Part shown: in pieces, positions 13,483-27,592 of the stretch | Numbering within the stretch: position 1 is the stretch's first letter | Layout: each line of letters begins with the position of its first letter | From: Lama glama | Lineage: Eukaryota | Assembly: GCA_028534125.1 (NCBI GenBank) | Contig: CM052817.1 | Coordinates: 28,460,001-28,524,000, forward strand | Direction of reading: 5' to 3' | Length of the DNA: 64,000 nt | Notes under the pieces: generated by a model | What the model saw: the letters and a program-made list of their open reading frames with translations, nothing else | What the model was told of the DNA's origin: nothing | Databases searched by the model: none | Position numbers and translations under genes: made by a program

Positions 13483-14209
13483 GTATGTTTTATTTATGTG
13501 TTATACTCAAACATTGTTCAGTCATATTACGTTGCTATTCATGACAAATTATCCTGAGATACACTGAACTTTGTAGACTAAATTGAACCATCTGTTATAT
13601 ATGTAAACCCTGAATTCTTTGAAATGTTTTCAACTCAGAAAAAAAAATGTATGTTTACTTTTACTGAAAAATTTTGGTGATTTGCAACAGTCATTTAAAA
13701 TCTGTTTCTATGAAGCTATAGTGTATGTGGAGCAAATGGATTTAGGAGTCTAACTATACTTCCAAATTATTTTTCTTCCCTCATTAAAAGTAATAGAGAA
13801 CTTCCCAAGTAAACATCAGAAGGCCAAGATGTCAGTTCTAACAGTTAAGCTGTTGGTAAAATCATTACTATAATAGACGCTCACTTTGAAAACTCCATTA
13901 AGGCAGACACATAAACAAATAAATATGATGCACGGGTGAGAAATGTCAAACTCAATGCAGACATAAGGAGCCATGAGCTCGTTAGGATTAGGTTTTGCTT
14001 GGAGGAATGAAATGAGTAGTCACGTTTTAGGGTGGACCTGAAGAAGGCGCTCCAGCAGGCATGCAAAACACATGGTTTGCTGGGAAAGGGAATTAACTAG
14101 AGTAGAGGAGATCAGGTAGGACATTGACAGAGAAGCCAGCCTGTCTGTCTCCCAGGGCTCACGTTCAATAAAGGAATCTAAGTTGTGGCTTTACTGGATT
14201 GATGTCCCC

Positions 14210-14600
14210 ATTTTTTTCAGTCCTGCCTGTATGTATAGAGCTCTGGTAATCTCTTGCTTAGAGTATAGTAATTTCTTTCTTCCTTGTCACCTAGCCTTCA
14301 GCCTCTATTCTTTCCTAACTGATTTATGTACTTTTGACCAACTCATTATCTTGGTCTAGCACATCAGCAATTAGTATGCACTGTTTACTGCTCTTTAATA
14401 ACCATTCACAAATGGTTCTCTGTCAGTGACATCTCACCCGTCTCACTTTATAACAATGCTTGTCACTTCTCTGTAGCATTTACCAGACTTAAAAATCTAG
14501 GAGGGCAAAGAACAGATCAGTATTGTTTACAGTTGTAATCCTGTTATCTTTAATGATGTAGAGCACAAAGTGATTACTCAAAACATTTTTGAAATAAATT
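14210..14600 (+). mobile_element. L2 LINE 3' end
   Basis: 'ggagggcaaagaacagatcagtattgtttacagttgtaatcc...tactcaaaacatttttgaaataaat' resembles the L2 terminus. Confidence 0.55.
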
Positions 14601-15029
14601 CTTGCCTGTGTTTATCTTCCCAATTGATGCAATTTCATATCCCCCTTCTGATAAAAATATCTATTTTACTAACCTTTATTATGTATTGGTTTATTCTGTT
14701 TCCATCCTAGTCTGGACAGTTAGCCCACCAAATTATCATCTCTCATTACTTAAATTTTGTCTTAATTGAGGTGTTCACTCAATGCTGTGGGACTCTAAAT
14801 TATTGTTTATTTGTTCATTTCATATTCTGAAGCACATTAGCCAATTTCCCTCTGTCATGCTAATGGGAAGCATTTGAATAGGAGCCAATTAAAATTTTTT
14901 TCCTAATCATCACTTATGAACTATTTCAGAATATTTGCAAATTCTATACACATACACACCCCTAGTATATTCAGTAGGATTCATGCTTATAAATAAAGGA
15001 GACTAACACAACTCTGAGTATATGCATGC

Positions 15030-15382
15030 TATATTAGTCATCTTGGGCTTCTGTAACAAAATACATAAATTGGGTGGCTTGAATGATAAACATTAATTTC
15101 TCACAGTTCTGGAAGCTGGAGAGTCTGAGACTGGAGTGCCAGCATGGTTAGGTTCTGGTGAGAGCCTTCTTCCTGGCTTGCAGCCTGTTGCCTTCTTGTT
15201 GTATATTCACCTAGCAGAGAGAGAAAATTGTCTACTTCTATAAGGGCAGGTACTAATCCCATCACAAGCGTTCCACTGTCATGGCCTAATTACCTACCAA
15301 AGGCCCAGCTCCAAATACTAGCCCACTGGAGCCTAGGGCTTCAACGTATAAATTTTGGAGGGACACAGTTCAGTCCATAGCA
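15030..15382 (-). mobile_element. MLT1A-like (ERVL-MaLR) solo LTR
   Basis: The reverse complement starts TGCTATGGACTGAACTGTGTCCCTCCAAAATTTATACGTTGAAG, the MLT1A start. A 5-bp TSD is present: catgc (15025-29) / catgt (15383-87). Confidence 0.85.
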
Positions 15383-15471
15383 CATGTGTATATAAACCCA
15401 TGTACATACACACACATATACATTTTTCCCCTGAATTTATGCTTTATATTAGTCCTACTTACTTGTCGAGA

Positions 15472-16491
15472 GCAAAGTGTGATCAGTGGACTCTGGGAGT
15501 GTCTGAGGCATATTCAGCAGGGGTGTCTGCTAGGTTAAAACTATTTTAATAAGAATAGGAAGGCATTATTTGCCTTTTTCATTTTATCGCTATTTGCACC
15601 AAGGTGCAAAAGCATGATTTGTGAAATTGTGAATGGCTCAGCATGAATCAAGACAGTCACCTTTGTATGGCGAAAACACACATGTGATTGAGTTGTGACC
15701 TAAATAGTCATATTTTTTCACAGGATACAATTTTTACTTTAAAGAGCAACTGACAGATAGGCTAGTTAATCAGGTTTGGGTACTGAGCAGTTATTTTGTC
15801 AAAAAGAAAGAAAGTAAGCCTGTCACTTCAAAGAAACTAAGTGACAGGACTTATTGCTAATGATAAAATTCATGCTTTCAAGCAACAGAATTTCAGAAAA
15901 CGTATTTGCATCATCATAAGCCTGACAGCTTCAATTTTCTGATGAGTTTGATGATTATATTAACAAATGTGATATTTTAAAATTGTAAAATGGAATGTGT
16001 CAACATTTTGAAGGCTTGCGTGATTAGTGAGTCAATATTTTCTAAATGGCCAATAAATAGTGACATAAAATTATACGTGGGTAAAAGGTTAATTCAAAGT
16101 GCAAAAGGGACAAGGAATTTTTAATTGTAACATAATATGCAAATGTCATTAAAATATTTTCAGAATACCCACTGCAACTATCTTATAAGAACGATTACAT
16201 GTAGAGTTTTGGTGTAGTATCAAGGAAGAATATCCCAAATATCTAAGAAAGGCTCTTAAAAATTACTCTCTTTTCTGACTTCAGTGGGGACCAGGTTTTA
16301 TTTATGGATACTAAATAAAACATATTGAAATATATTGACCATAGAAACAAATGTGAAAATCTAGCTGTCTTTTATTAATCCAGACATTAAAGAGATATAC
16401 AGAAATACTATACAATACTATTCTTCTCAGTAATTTTTTGGTTAAAAGCAAACCAGAGATTGAAAGCTTTTATCTGGACTGGAAAACACTG
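15472..16491 (+). mobile_element. Charlie1-family hAT DNA transposon (internally deleted)
   Basis: 'caaagtgtgatcagtggactctggg...aaaactattttaataag...tttgcaccaaggtgcaaaagc...gcatgaatcaagacagt' matches the Charlie1 5' region. It ends in a terminal inverted repeat (TIR)-like 'aaacactg'. Confidence 0.75.
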
Positions 16492-17864
16492 CCCTTATCT
16501 TTGTGTCTTCATGAGCATACTGTGTTCATACAAAGTTGATACTTAACAAGTGCTTGAAAGATTGAATGGACACATTTAGATTATAGAAATCACTTGTATA
16601 TATTTGAATAAGGGAAAAGCTGTGATGACTGTGGTGTTTGAGAGAGAATGGTCTCTAACTATACTTGCTGTAGAATGTGCTAGAGTGATGGGCTAAGGTA
16701 GTGAGCGTCTGGGTGAAATGTTTATAGAGGTAGGAGGGATTGTGGAATATGAGAGATAGGCTCATGGCAGCACTTGGCAACCCTCTGGCTATAAAGGGAA
16801 AAAAGAGGAAAAACATCAAAAAGAAGGCCAAGTTTACTGACACAATAAGCCATTATGTGCCATTAAAAAGTGATGAATTGTTCTAGTTTGGAAGCAAAAA
16901 CATATTGAGCCAATTTCCAAGAACTAATCTCCTAAATCACTGTGAATGTTGTGTTTGCTATAAAAGCATGCTGAGTTTCTTTCATTTCCAGGTGCCATAG
17001 GCTGTTTTTTTTTTTTCCCAGAAGTACAGCTACTATAATTCCATCATCTAAGCATTCAGGTTTTGTTTGTGTCCTCTGGCCTGTCTACAGAACCAAACTG
17101 AGTCAGTAAACTGAACGATTATCTAGTACATGACTGACCAAGCTAATAATCAGACTTCATATGGGAAGACATAATGATTTCTGATTCATAATCTCTCCAT
17201 AATTACTAAACTTTATACAAATGGGACTCATTTATGGAACTTGCTGTGATCACATTCAGATATAACAAAATGACTTGTCACCATGTGCTCTTATATGTTC
17301 TGTTAAGCACCTTTAATAAGGAATAGTATTTTCTAAATTTTATTTGTAGGAGCAGTGCCAGTGAAGGAAATTGACATTGCTAAGGCTTAGAAGAGTACAC
17401 AGAGGAAATGGAAGACAGTTAGATACGAACTCTTATTTTGTTTATCAAGCTTGTGCCCTCTCCCCTAGAATAAGCCACAGCAGATGACCAGCAGTGTACT
17501 TGGATACTCCTCTAGGCAGAAACTTGTCTCAATTATGATATTTTTTAAATGCCAGAATTTCAGTGAGTTTTCTGAAAAAAAAAGGAAGGAAGGAAGGAAG
17601 AAAATGTACACCAACCTTAAATACAGAGTGAGGCCAATTTTCATAATAGTAACAATTTCAATAACAATAACACTTAGAGATAATGTATTCTGTTCAGGTC
17701 TTGATTTAAATCCATCACATGTAGAGCAGAAATGATAGTATTGCAAGTTTTTCTCACTTTTCTGCATTTCCCCCATAATACTTTTGTGAATGCTCTGGAA
17801 AGTAGCTAAGAAGTTAGAACAGATCCTGAGAAGGAGAGTGACTCTGGATACCTAAAGTAAGTGA

Positions 17865-18025
17865 GTAAAGCTATGGATTAAAATCTTGTTCTTTACAGCT
17901 GTTCAGCCCCTAGTTCAACTTTGGAGCTGCTACCTATGACTTTGAGCAAGTTACTGAATCTCTGTGGTATGTAGTTTCCTCATCTACAAATGTTGGTTAA
18001 CCTTGATTCTTAATTCATAGTGCTA
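17865..18025 (+). mobile_element. MIR SINE
   Basis: 'atgactttgagcaagttactgaatctctgtggtatgtagtttcctcatctacaaatg'. Confidence 0.7.
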
Positions 18026-18039
18026 TAACTGGAAGTCAT

Positions 18040-18275
18040 TTAATGTGATGCCAAATGTCACTGACTTCCTGTGTTCTAAAACCAAGTCCACCTCTTACTA
18101 GCTGTGTAACTTTGAGCTGTCTGACCTGCCCTGTCTTTGCCTCCATTTCCTCATTTGTAAAAAAGAAAAAAATAAACCTCCTCCTTTCATTAACTCACCA
18201 GAATCAAATATTAAAATCTTTGTAATGAATTTAGCTGAGAATCTAGCCCAAGGAAGCACTCAATAAATACTTGTC
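18040..18275 (+). mobile_element. MIR SINE
   Basis: 'cttactagctgtgtaactttgagc...gcctccatttcctcatttgtaaaa...gcactcaataaatac'. Confidence 0.75.
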
Positions 18276-21249
18276 ATGGAACATACATGCTCATGGAAAT
18301 ATAACTTCTTTTGCTTTCTCTATTTTAATTTATTCTTGAGTTTTTACTTTGCTCAAAAGCAGACCAAGTAATCTTGGTAACTGTTGGTAAACTCAGTAAT
18401 TTCAGTAGGGAGCAAGTCTTCAATATTTGAAAGTTGTCTTCTGTCTTCTGTTGGTGAGTACTGCTGAAGTAAGTCACTCTCTCTCTCTCCCTTAAAGAAA
18501 GACAGCAAAAAAAAAAAAAAAAAAAAAGCCTCCTTTGCTTCTCTAATGAGAACTGTGATGGACCCAATGGCATCTCTAAGAATCTTAGCATCCTTCCAGG
18601 TTATAACTTATACCATATGGAACAAATACGGAGACATTCACTCTTGCCTAACCGTTACTTTTATCTCTATCTCTGGAGGAAACATTCCCTTTTTTTGGGA
18701 AAAATCATCTTTTGCTTTCTCCTCTCTTCATGGTCAATAAAAGGAGAAAATCTGATAGCTATTCTTTTTACTTATCTTTGTACTCCATCCCACAGAGGAG
18801 AGGAAATTTCCCATAGAGGAGAATGCATGTCTGTTTGCTGATGGTTACACCTCCCCACAATAGAACAGGCACCCTGCATGTTCTCAGCAAATATTTGTTG
18901 AGGAAATAAAAGACTTCTTGAAGCGCATGATTCCTGATTTTCAAAACCATTTTTCTGAAACTCTAACCATCAAAATAATCTTCTAAAAATCTTGACTGAG
19001 TTCCTGCAAGTCAAAACATCTTAAATTACAAGACACATAAGAATTTAAAGAAATCTGTTTTAGAAGTTCTAATTACCTTTATCTTTAAAATTTAATGAGA
19101 GTTTCCACTGGGCTTGGCATAATCAGAGAATTTAATCTAGTGCTAACTCATTAACAATCTTTCATGGTCTCCCATTCCTGGGGCAGATAAATGCTCTTGA
19201 AAAAATGAATACCTGTAGACCATTGAGGGAAGACAGAAAAGATAACTTGAAAAAAAATACAATAAATAAAAAGTTCGTATATGCAGAAAAGATAACAGAA
19301 GATTGGGAAGACTTCTTCCCTGTTTCTTAGAGGAGAATACAGTTCCTAAGGTCACCTTTCTGCTGTTGGAGAGACAGACAATGACAGCTACCAAGGACCC
19401 CAAACCCTCGGAACTGATTAAGAATGGACCTCTGGTGAAGCAGATTTTGAGATTAAAAAAATCATTTCTTTTCTTGTATTCTCCCTGAGCATCCTCATAC
19501 TGCCCTAATTTTATGCAGTGCACAATAGCTTCCTGTGGAAGACTGATCATGATTGGCTGAAAATTAGCATATATTGAAACAGTAAAGACCACCACTTAAA
19601 ATATATAACCAGAAGAAATATTGGCCTTGTTCCTTAACTCCCTAGTTAACTATTGGGCATTTGAATCCCAAATCAACGTACAGAGAGACAATTAGCCTAG
19701 ATGAACATTTGCTGGTGTTCTGTTTCATTCATATATCTCATCTTTTATTTTAAAGCCAACTTTGGGCTTTTTTTCTCTCTTCTTTGTTAATAAACTGTGA
19801 TCATGTCTTGTAATGAATAAACTCGTAAACCATCTGGCGGTTGTCTCATGGCTCATTACATGCTATGGGCCACTCTGAGAAGCTGCCTCAGGTGACATTT
19901 CAACTGGTGCACGCAGAGAAAATTACGTTTTATTACTGAAATCAAATTTTGGAAAAAAGAGAGTTCTCCTTTTTCTTGACATTGATATCTCAGATCAAGG
20001 TAAGGTTCGTCAGATAATAATTCAACCGCAATTGTAGCTTTGGGTTGTAAATGACAATTCTCCGCACATACATAATAATGTGCTTTAAATCAGCTAAGGA
20101 GATAATGTTTACAGACTAGGGCTACTGTGTTTTCTAGCACACTTTTCACTTCTTGATTATTAATTATGTATTTTTATATTACTGCATTGTTTTGTAAAGT
20201 GCTGTGAATATTTTATGGGGACTAGGAACTGGGAGTCTGAAATGGCATTCTGATGCTCTTCCTGGGATCAAATTGTGCCTTTAGAGACTTCATCGTCATG
20301 GACATGTGAGTTTCTCTTCAAGATATGCTACCACGTGTCTCAGTTTTGGTTCAGATCCTCCACTTTTAATACTGTGGTGTCTTCTGTTTTTTCTTGGCAA
20401 TAATCACAATTAGTGCTCTGAATAGCAATCCATAATTCTGTTGTCAGTTAACAATAAGTTTACCGTGGCTGGGAAACTGTGTGGAAACTGTATTTGCAAG
20501 GAATAAAGCTTAGAAGAAAAAGAGCATCCAAAGTGTTCACAATACACAAATGAGATCTATTAAATTCATAATTTAATTCAGGCAGATTATGTCATATACA
20601 TTCTACTATGTAGCTGTGAGACAGAGCTATAATCTGGGTAAATGCAAACAATCTACAAAGATTATGTGTGTAAATTATTTTTAAATGTATTTTTCCCTTG
20701 GAAATAAAGTGTTTATATTGTCTTGTTTTTACCTGAGAGAAAGCATAAGTTTGCTTGATTGATGAAAGTCAAAGGGCAGAGTATTTAAAGAAATGGCTCT
20801 GGTGTAAAGGGATTGAAAAGCAATTTTCAAATTTCAGGAAAGGAGATCTTGACAAAAAATTTTTCTTCTAAAATTTTACTAGATGCTTAGAAACACCAAT
20901 TCAACAAGCTCCTCAAGGTACTATAATATCTGCCAATACACCTGTATTTTTATTTATTTTATGGCACCAATACCTGAAAATTACTATGGTTGTAAGTACC
21001 ACTGGTAGTTTGAGTAGTTGATTTCCAGATGGATGTGAAAATACACAGATCTGCCCACACAAAGCAAGAGAATGAATATACAGTGATTAAAGAGATTTGA
21101 GTTGGTTAACAAAAATTAGGAAATAGCATTCTTGAAGAAATGTTATAATACAGGGGAAAAACTAGGTGGTTTCCTTTTAGAGTCAGATAATGCATTTATA
21201 CTTCTCTACAGATGTGGATAATATTCTTTGTTGCAATGAGATTTAGTGC

Positions 21250-21450
21250 AAAAAAAGCCCCTCTGGACTGAGAATCTCGAGACCTTAGATTTTATTCTGT
21301 CTCTTTTTTCCTCTGTGACCTTAGACAAGTCATTTTTGTTACCAGTTTCAGTTCCCTCTTGGCCGAAGGAAGATAATGCTATACCTAGAACTGAGGTGCC
21401 GGCTAAACAGATAGGCAGCGAGGCTAATTAAAATAGTTAAAAGCATTTTC
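21250..21450 (+). mobile_element. MIR-family SINE
   Basis: 'ctgtgaccttagacaagtcattt...tttcagttccctc'. Confidence 0.55.
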
Positions 21451-21549
21451 AGAGTTAAAATATAGTTCAGAATAAAATGTGAGGAGGTTCATGCTTTAGT
21501 TTTAAGCCTGGTTCTGTCACTTAATCACTTTAGCCTAATCATGTATCAT

Positions 21550-21572
21550 TGTGTGTGTGTGTGTGTGTGTGT
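21550..21572. repeat. (TG)n microsatellite
   Basis: Read directly. Confidence 0.95.
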
Positions 21573-21619
21573 ATAGATTTATCTTTTACACGTTGTCAAC
21601 TTAATGCTCTTCCTCAAAG

Positions 21620-22110
21620 GCAAATATAAGCACACCACTCCCACACTTTCCTCTAAGATAAAATCCATATTAATTAGTATATTAGAGTAACACTTGTTCT
21701 GAATCTGTTCTGCTTCTACAGCATCTTCTCTTGGCAAATCTTGGGCTAACTAAATGTTGGACTAACTATTTGCTTTTCCTGACAATGGTGGGCTCCCTTG
21801 CCTCTGGGCCTTTCTTAAGCTGTGCCTTTGCATGGAATGTCTGTTACTCTTCTTCATTTACTTCTCTGCAAACCATCGTATAAAATTCAATGTATCTGTG
21901 ACATTCCTGAATCCCAAAAGTGTCCCCACTATGTTTCCACAGCACAATATGCTTGGCACCACTGGTGCCGCCATAACTATATTGAGATTCCTGTTTGCCC
22001 TGTGTGTCTATGGGATTCTAAGTCCCTTGAAGGGGAGAGGCGTTTTCCTTTGTATTTTTCCTTAGATGCATTACTGAAAGGAGGCACACACAGTGCTAAG
22101 CAGTGTTGAT
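21620..22110 (+). mobile_element. L2 LINE 3' region
   Basis: 'taagtcccttgaaggggagaggcgttttcctttgtatttttcc...ggcacacacagtgctaagcagtgttga' resembles the L2 terminus. Confidence 0.55.
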
Positions 22111-23619
22111 TCTTTTTATCTTCTCTACTCTCCAGAAGTATTTTAATATTATCTCCAAAATCTAACGCTAAGTTTGGACAGAAACTCCAAGTGCGCTACT
22201 GCATTGAAGGCTTTTTGTTTTAAATGTTTGATGTGCTTACTGGTGTTACATGTTTCATCCTACCGGATCAGAGAGTGAACATTGAGAAGCAAACAGAATT
22301 CAGACTATGCAAAATGACTGACCTAGTTTACAAGAGCAGTAGGATCTTTGGTGAACGTTACTTGGATTCTGAAAGGGCTTTCTCTTGCACTTGAGCTCAT
22401 CCCTCTTATCAGCGAGGAGTAGTAGTCTCTCTGGGGAGACTTCTACCTGAGCACAGCTGCTGCCAAGGAAGTCCTGCAGAGAATACATTTCAAACCTAGG
22501 ACTCAGCAAGAGATTACCAAGGACCGGAGAACACAGTTTGGAGTACTTGGCTCAGGGTGCATGTTGGTGAATCACAAGAGTACAGGAGAGCAGGGCTGCT
22601 TGTTTACTTCAAGACCATAAGCAAATACATTTAGTTATTAGCACCTCCTGATGTTGAGAAGTCAAATGCAACAAAGCCAAAACTCAGATAAAATCAGAGC
22701 AATTAAATGATCGTTTATGATTAGGTTTCCAAATAGGATGAGAAGAACCATATTTAAAGGTATTTCTGAAAAACAGGTTTAGATTGAGTTTCTAAGGAAT
22801 GGTGAAAAAGTACTGACATGAGGGAAGTTTGATAGGAGTCTTCAAGTAACTAATAATAGTAATGTAGAAGAAACATACAGCCAATAATTGGAGACATTAT
22901 GAAATGATGCATCCCATGAAGAAAGTCAATTATTACAAAATACAGTAAAATACAAGATACATTTGAAGATACTCATATGTAAAGGAAATTCTCAAAACCT
23001 CCTCTTGGTCTTTTTCCCCCTCCTTTTTTAAGTGTACAGATTCTTAATAAACAGGTACCCATACATCGAATGAAGAGATATGGGAAAAATAATACATTTC
23101 ACACATTCACACACACACACGTACACACACGAGCCAAGTTTCTGATTGGCCTGGATAAATCTCCAGCACAGTAGATGCGCTAATAATTCCTTCCCACTGG
23201 CTTCAGACAGCTGTTAAGAGCTGCTATAAATCCTTATTCTCAGGCATAAAAGCTAATTACTATCATAGGATAGAAATCAATTTTCCTCTTCCCTCTGTGC
23301 CACAGGAGGTTATTATACAATTAGCTACATAAAGGAGATGTCATGCTTTATCTCAAAGCATTTATTCTTGTCCACCGTGAGAAGGAGCCACAATTTTATT
23401 GGTCAGTTGTACTGTGGTGATTCTCTTATTCACAACTTTACACATTAGCTATGCATTGATGCAGTAAATGTGATTGGAAGGCAGGTCCTGGGAGATTTTA
23501 AAAAAAAGAATTACATAAATAAAGGTATCAAACATTACGAGTGGGTGCTTCCACGAGTGCATGGTGCATGCCTGGAAGAGTTCTGACATGAGCTTCTACT
23601 TAGAGCTTTTTGACTCTGT

Positions 23620-24885
23620 GGCTCAATGTCTGATGTCAGTGTTGGAAAATTCAAAGACTGTATCTGTCTAAATGTTGCTTCTGCTTAATTCTCATTCTTT
23701 GCTTCTTTTTGGACTTTGAATAAAATATGTTAGATCTTTTATTAAGTTACATGTATCTATTACACTCTTTTCTGTATTTTCTTTCTTTTTTTATTTCATG
23801 CTTCACTTTGGACATTTTCTATGGTCCTATCTTTCAGTTCAATAATCTTCTCTTCTGCTCTGTTTAATCAACAGTTAAAGTCATCTCTTAATTTCTTGAT
23901 CTTAATCATTGCACTTTTTAGTTCTAGAATTTCCCTTTAAGCCTATATACAGACTCTATTACTCTGATGAAATGTGCAATATTGTCTTTATTTTCTTGAA
24001 CTATAAATTGGAATGATTTTAATGTTCATGTCTGAAAGTCCCTGTATCTGGATTACAAGGTATTTTTTAATTGTCTATTTTTTCACCTTTCTTTTTCATC
24101 ATGTCTCCAGGCATGCTTTGGTGATTTTAAATCATTGTGTGGGAAAGCATTGTAGAAACTCCAGATGATGTAATTTTCCCCCAGAGAGAATTTTCTTTTG
24201 GAAAGTCAATCAAGTAGGGCCAGATTATCTTGCACCATTCTGAAAGTAAATGATTTGAAATAGGGTTTTAAATTATTGAGGTCTGATCTATCTCCAGTTT
24301 GCTTTTACTCCTAGCATATTTTTCAGAGGTTGCAATTGAAAGCCTGGGGTACTTACTAGAGCTCTGTGTCCTTGGTTGCACTGAACTCACAATTTTATCT
24401 CCTTGGCAAGGCAAGATTGCCAGGAGCTCTCCTTAGCTTTTGGCTTTTCTGTTTTCCTCTCTACTTAGCTTCTTGATCTCTCCTTTCATTCATCTTCAAA
24501 TCTTCAAGTGTAATAAGGAGAAAAGTAGAGCAGAATGCATGAGTTCCCTAATTCCTAGTTACATTAGTAGACCAGAACTCCAGTTTTTGTCTTCTAGTCC
24601 TGGGAGGCTGACCCACATCCTAAGCCACTGCTTTCAGCTCCACTTCTGGGCTCTGCATCACCAAAGAATTAGCAAATGCCCTGTCCAGCTAATTTTAAGA
24701 CACTTCTGTCCTTTTAGAATCTGGCCACTCAAGTCTTGACTAAGTTATTTTCTGATGGCTTCAATCAACGCTTTTGTTGTTTTTGTTTTCGTTTTTCATA
24801 CGTCATTTATAGTTGCTGCTTTCAAAGGAAGTTTGGTCTGGTAAAATACAATCTTTCATAGTCAGAAATGGAGGTTTTATCAACC
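23620..24885 (-). mobile_element. Ancient L1 (L1ME/L1M5-like) ORF1 and 5' region
   Basis: T-rich antisense ORF1-like text: 'ggaaaattcaaagactgtatctgtctaaatgttgcttctgc...tcagttcaataatcttctcttctgctctgtttaatc...ttttagttctagaatttcc'. Confidence 0.6.
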
Positions 24886-25719
24886 TCTCTTTAAAAGGTC
24901 CTAAATGAGAGTTTTAATTAAGGAGAGGTATAAAGAGGAAAATTCAAAATCCAGGGGGTATGAGATATGAAAAGATGAACAAGGGATTCCGGGAAAAAAG
25001 AGGTAAGAGAGGAAGAATGACTTTAAAATGTTTTACAAACAAATTGAGATTTTCTAAATGTTTACTTTGGAAAAAAACCCCACAATTCAAAACATAAATA
25101 CATGTAAGATGTTTGGCAATCCAGTCAAGTAAAGTGGATTGATTTTTATCTGTAAATTGTTATTGACTGTGAAAATCAGCTGGCTTCTGTTGTTAGAAAT
25201 CAGAACGTAAGGTATTTGACTGAATAAACGTGTTGCCTAGTAAACTTTCATGGTGCTGAATTGCATTCAACTGGTGAATAGTTTAATGATTTTTCTCCCA
25301 AAGATGTGAACATGTGAGTGTGTCTCAAATGGTCTGTTTTACTCAGTTGAATTTGTAGGCAGAGAGCTTACATGCCTCACAAAAGGATAAGAGAAGCCAT
25401 AAAAGTGATGAGGCAAAACAAATATTCAAATGGCAAAAGTGATCTAATTTATCTGTGAACATTTAACTGAAATTAATTCTTAAATGATTGATCATATTTT
25501 GTGACAGCAACCGTAACTTCCTCTATGCATGAGTTAGACTCATTCATTGTGGGGATTATAAAGATGATCAATGACTTGGCTTTCTGACAAGTCAAATCAC
25601 AAAGGCGTTAAAATTCATTGTGCCATTCATGAAATATCTACCCGTGAACACATCAGGCATCTGGAATTGTCAGGTATAATTCACGTATTGATTTTAATAT
25701 AACCCTCTGAACACTGTCA

Positions 25720-27290
25720 ACCAGTACTTATTAAGTGCCTTCTGATTATGGGACCAATTAGTAATATGAACATGTGGAAAATGTACAAATCTGTCAGGGA
25801 GGATGTCTTCCACTGTTGGAAGGAAAGATAGTGATGTATACAGAAGAGTTTGCTGAGCAAAACTGACTGAACATATAAAATGTCTGTAGCATTTGTTAGG
25901 GGCTGAGATCACAGAGACACTAATAAACCACTGAAACTTTCTCTCCAGAAGAGTATAATATAATGGGACAGTTGATATATTTATCCAAACCAACACAAAA
26001 GAAGGATGTGTTAAGTGCTATTCACTTATTCCCTCAACAACTCATTTTTGAGCAATTTTAAGAACTAGGTTTAAGAGTGAAATTTGAAACACTAAATTTG
26101 GATAATTTATAAGTATGAAATACGGTAATTACTATGATAGACCTTTGCAAAGTTTGTCATAAAATTTGTGAAGAAAGACTTTGGAAATAAATGTGGATTC
26201 AGAAAAGGTTTCTCTGTGGGAAGATATGCTACCTCAATTAGGTGACAGAATTAAGGTGATGGGATTCTCCAGGTGGAGAAAAGAGCTAAGAGAGATTATG
26301 GTGAATTTGGACTCAGCCAGTTTAGTTCAACAGGAGCTAAATTTTCCTGAATCACCTTCCTGGTATGGTTAGGACAGGACAAAAGAGATTCAAGTGAGAT
26401 TTGAAAGGTGCAAGTGAGGCAGTAGCTATTACCTACAAAGATGAATGTTGAGTCTCTCCGACCCCCCGGGCTTGGCACCCTCTTGGTGATGTGCTGGCTT
26501 CTTTACTTGTGTGCTCATCATCCGCAGCTTCTCCACCTGCTATTGGATCTCTTCCCTCAGCTTCGCCAAGTCCTGGGCTAGACATGCGCAGCTCCGGGCT
26601 GACGGGCATCTACTTCTTCATCAGATTGCCTGTCTCACTAGAGTTCTGAGGATGCCAGTTTATGCTTAAGGGTTCCCATTTATCTTTAATTTTTTTCCCC
26701 TTGTTTCACTTAGAGCTTTTCTCCTAACTACTGACCGAGATAACTTCAGACCCACCACCAAGTACATGAACAATTCATCCCACAGATTTCTTCACCAGTT
26801 TTCCTTCCTGGTTCCTGGCTAGTGACTTTTCTACAGTGCTCTAGTCATCTACTTTTAGAACTTTACTTCACCAACTTTCCCCACAATTTTCTAAAGCCTA
26901 ATCCTTATAATAAATACATTATTTCATATAACTCATAGTTATTCTGGTTCTCTGACTGACTCCTAACCAACACTTATAGTAATAAAGGTTTTAAAATAGC
27001 CCCATCAGTCAACTATAAATAGATGATCTGGCAGGAAAAAAGGATGCATGTGGGGAGTATCAGGAAATAAAGCCAGAAAGGGGCCCCTATTAGTAGGAGG
27101 CAAGTTTAAGTTCCTGTTTTCTAAACATCTCACTTGCTGTTTGTGAAAATGGATTGCAGTGGCTAAGTCTAAAATAGAAGAAACAAGTAAACTAGACTAT
27201 ATATTTGATAAGATAATGCTAAAAATCAGTACACAGGTAACGGGAGTAGAGAGAAAGCGAGAGATCAGAGATGTGTACAAGTGAATATTA
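25720..27290 (-). mobile_element. L2 LINE fragments, interrupted by an LTR
   Basis: Antisense L2 3' end ('tattcacttattccctcaacaactcatttttgagc') and antisense body ('ctcacttgctgtttgtgaaaatggattgcagtgg'). Confidence 0.5.
26365..26975 (+). mobile_element. Old ERVL-class solo LTR (subfamily uncertain)
   Basis: GC-richer block ending 'aatccttatAATAAAtacattatttcatataactcatagttattctggttctctgactgactcctaaccaaca', a typical ERVL LTR polyA-signal/U5 terminus. Confidence 0.55.
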
Positions 27291-27344
27291 GTAAGTGTTT
27301 TAAAGAATGTTGGCACTCCTTCCTGTCATTAGCCTTCGCACTAA

Positions 27345-27592
27345 CAAAGATTTTCCAACTTGGGTCCTCAGCTTTGTTTTTCAAATTGCCGATAAATCAT
27401 AATGCTTTAAAAATTTGTATATGTATACTTAAAGAATAAAGATGCATAGAATAGAAAATTTCAGTGTATTACAAAGTTAATGTAAGTATTGATTATAAAG
27501 CTGGTTGAGGTTGAGTATGTATGAGTGTGTACACTGAATGAAAATATGTTTTTTAATGAATTGGTCAAGAACATTTGAAATCCTCCAGTTTA
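27345..27592. mobile_element. Possible hAT-Charlie-type MER remnant
   Basis: TIR-like ends 'agattttccaacttgggtcc' and 'aacatttgaaatcctccagttta'. Confidence 0.3.

Noticed and set aside
19143..19595. 150-aa minus-strand ORF
   Set aside because: Non-ATG start, F/L/S-rich composition typical of AT-rich noise, and no recognisable domain.
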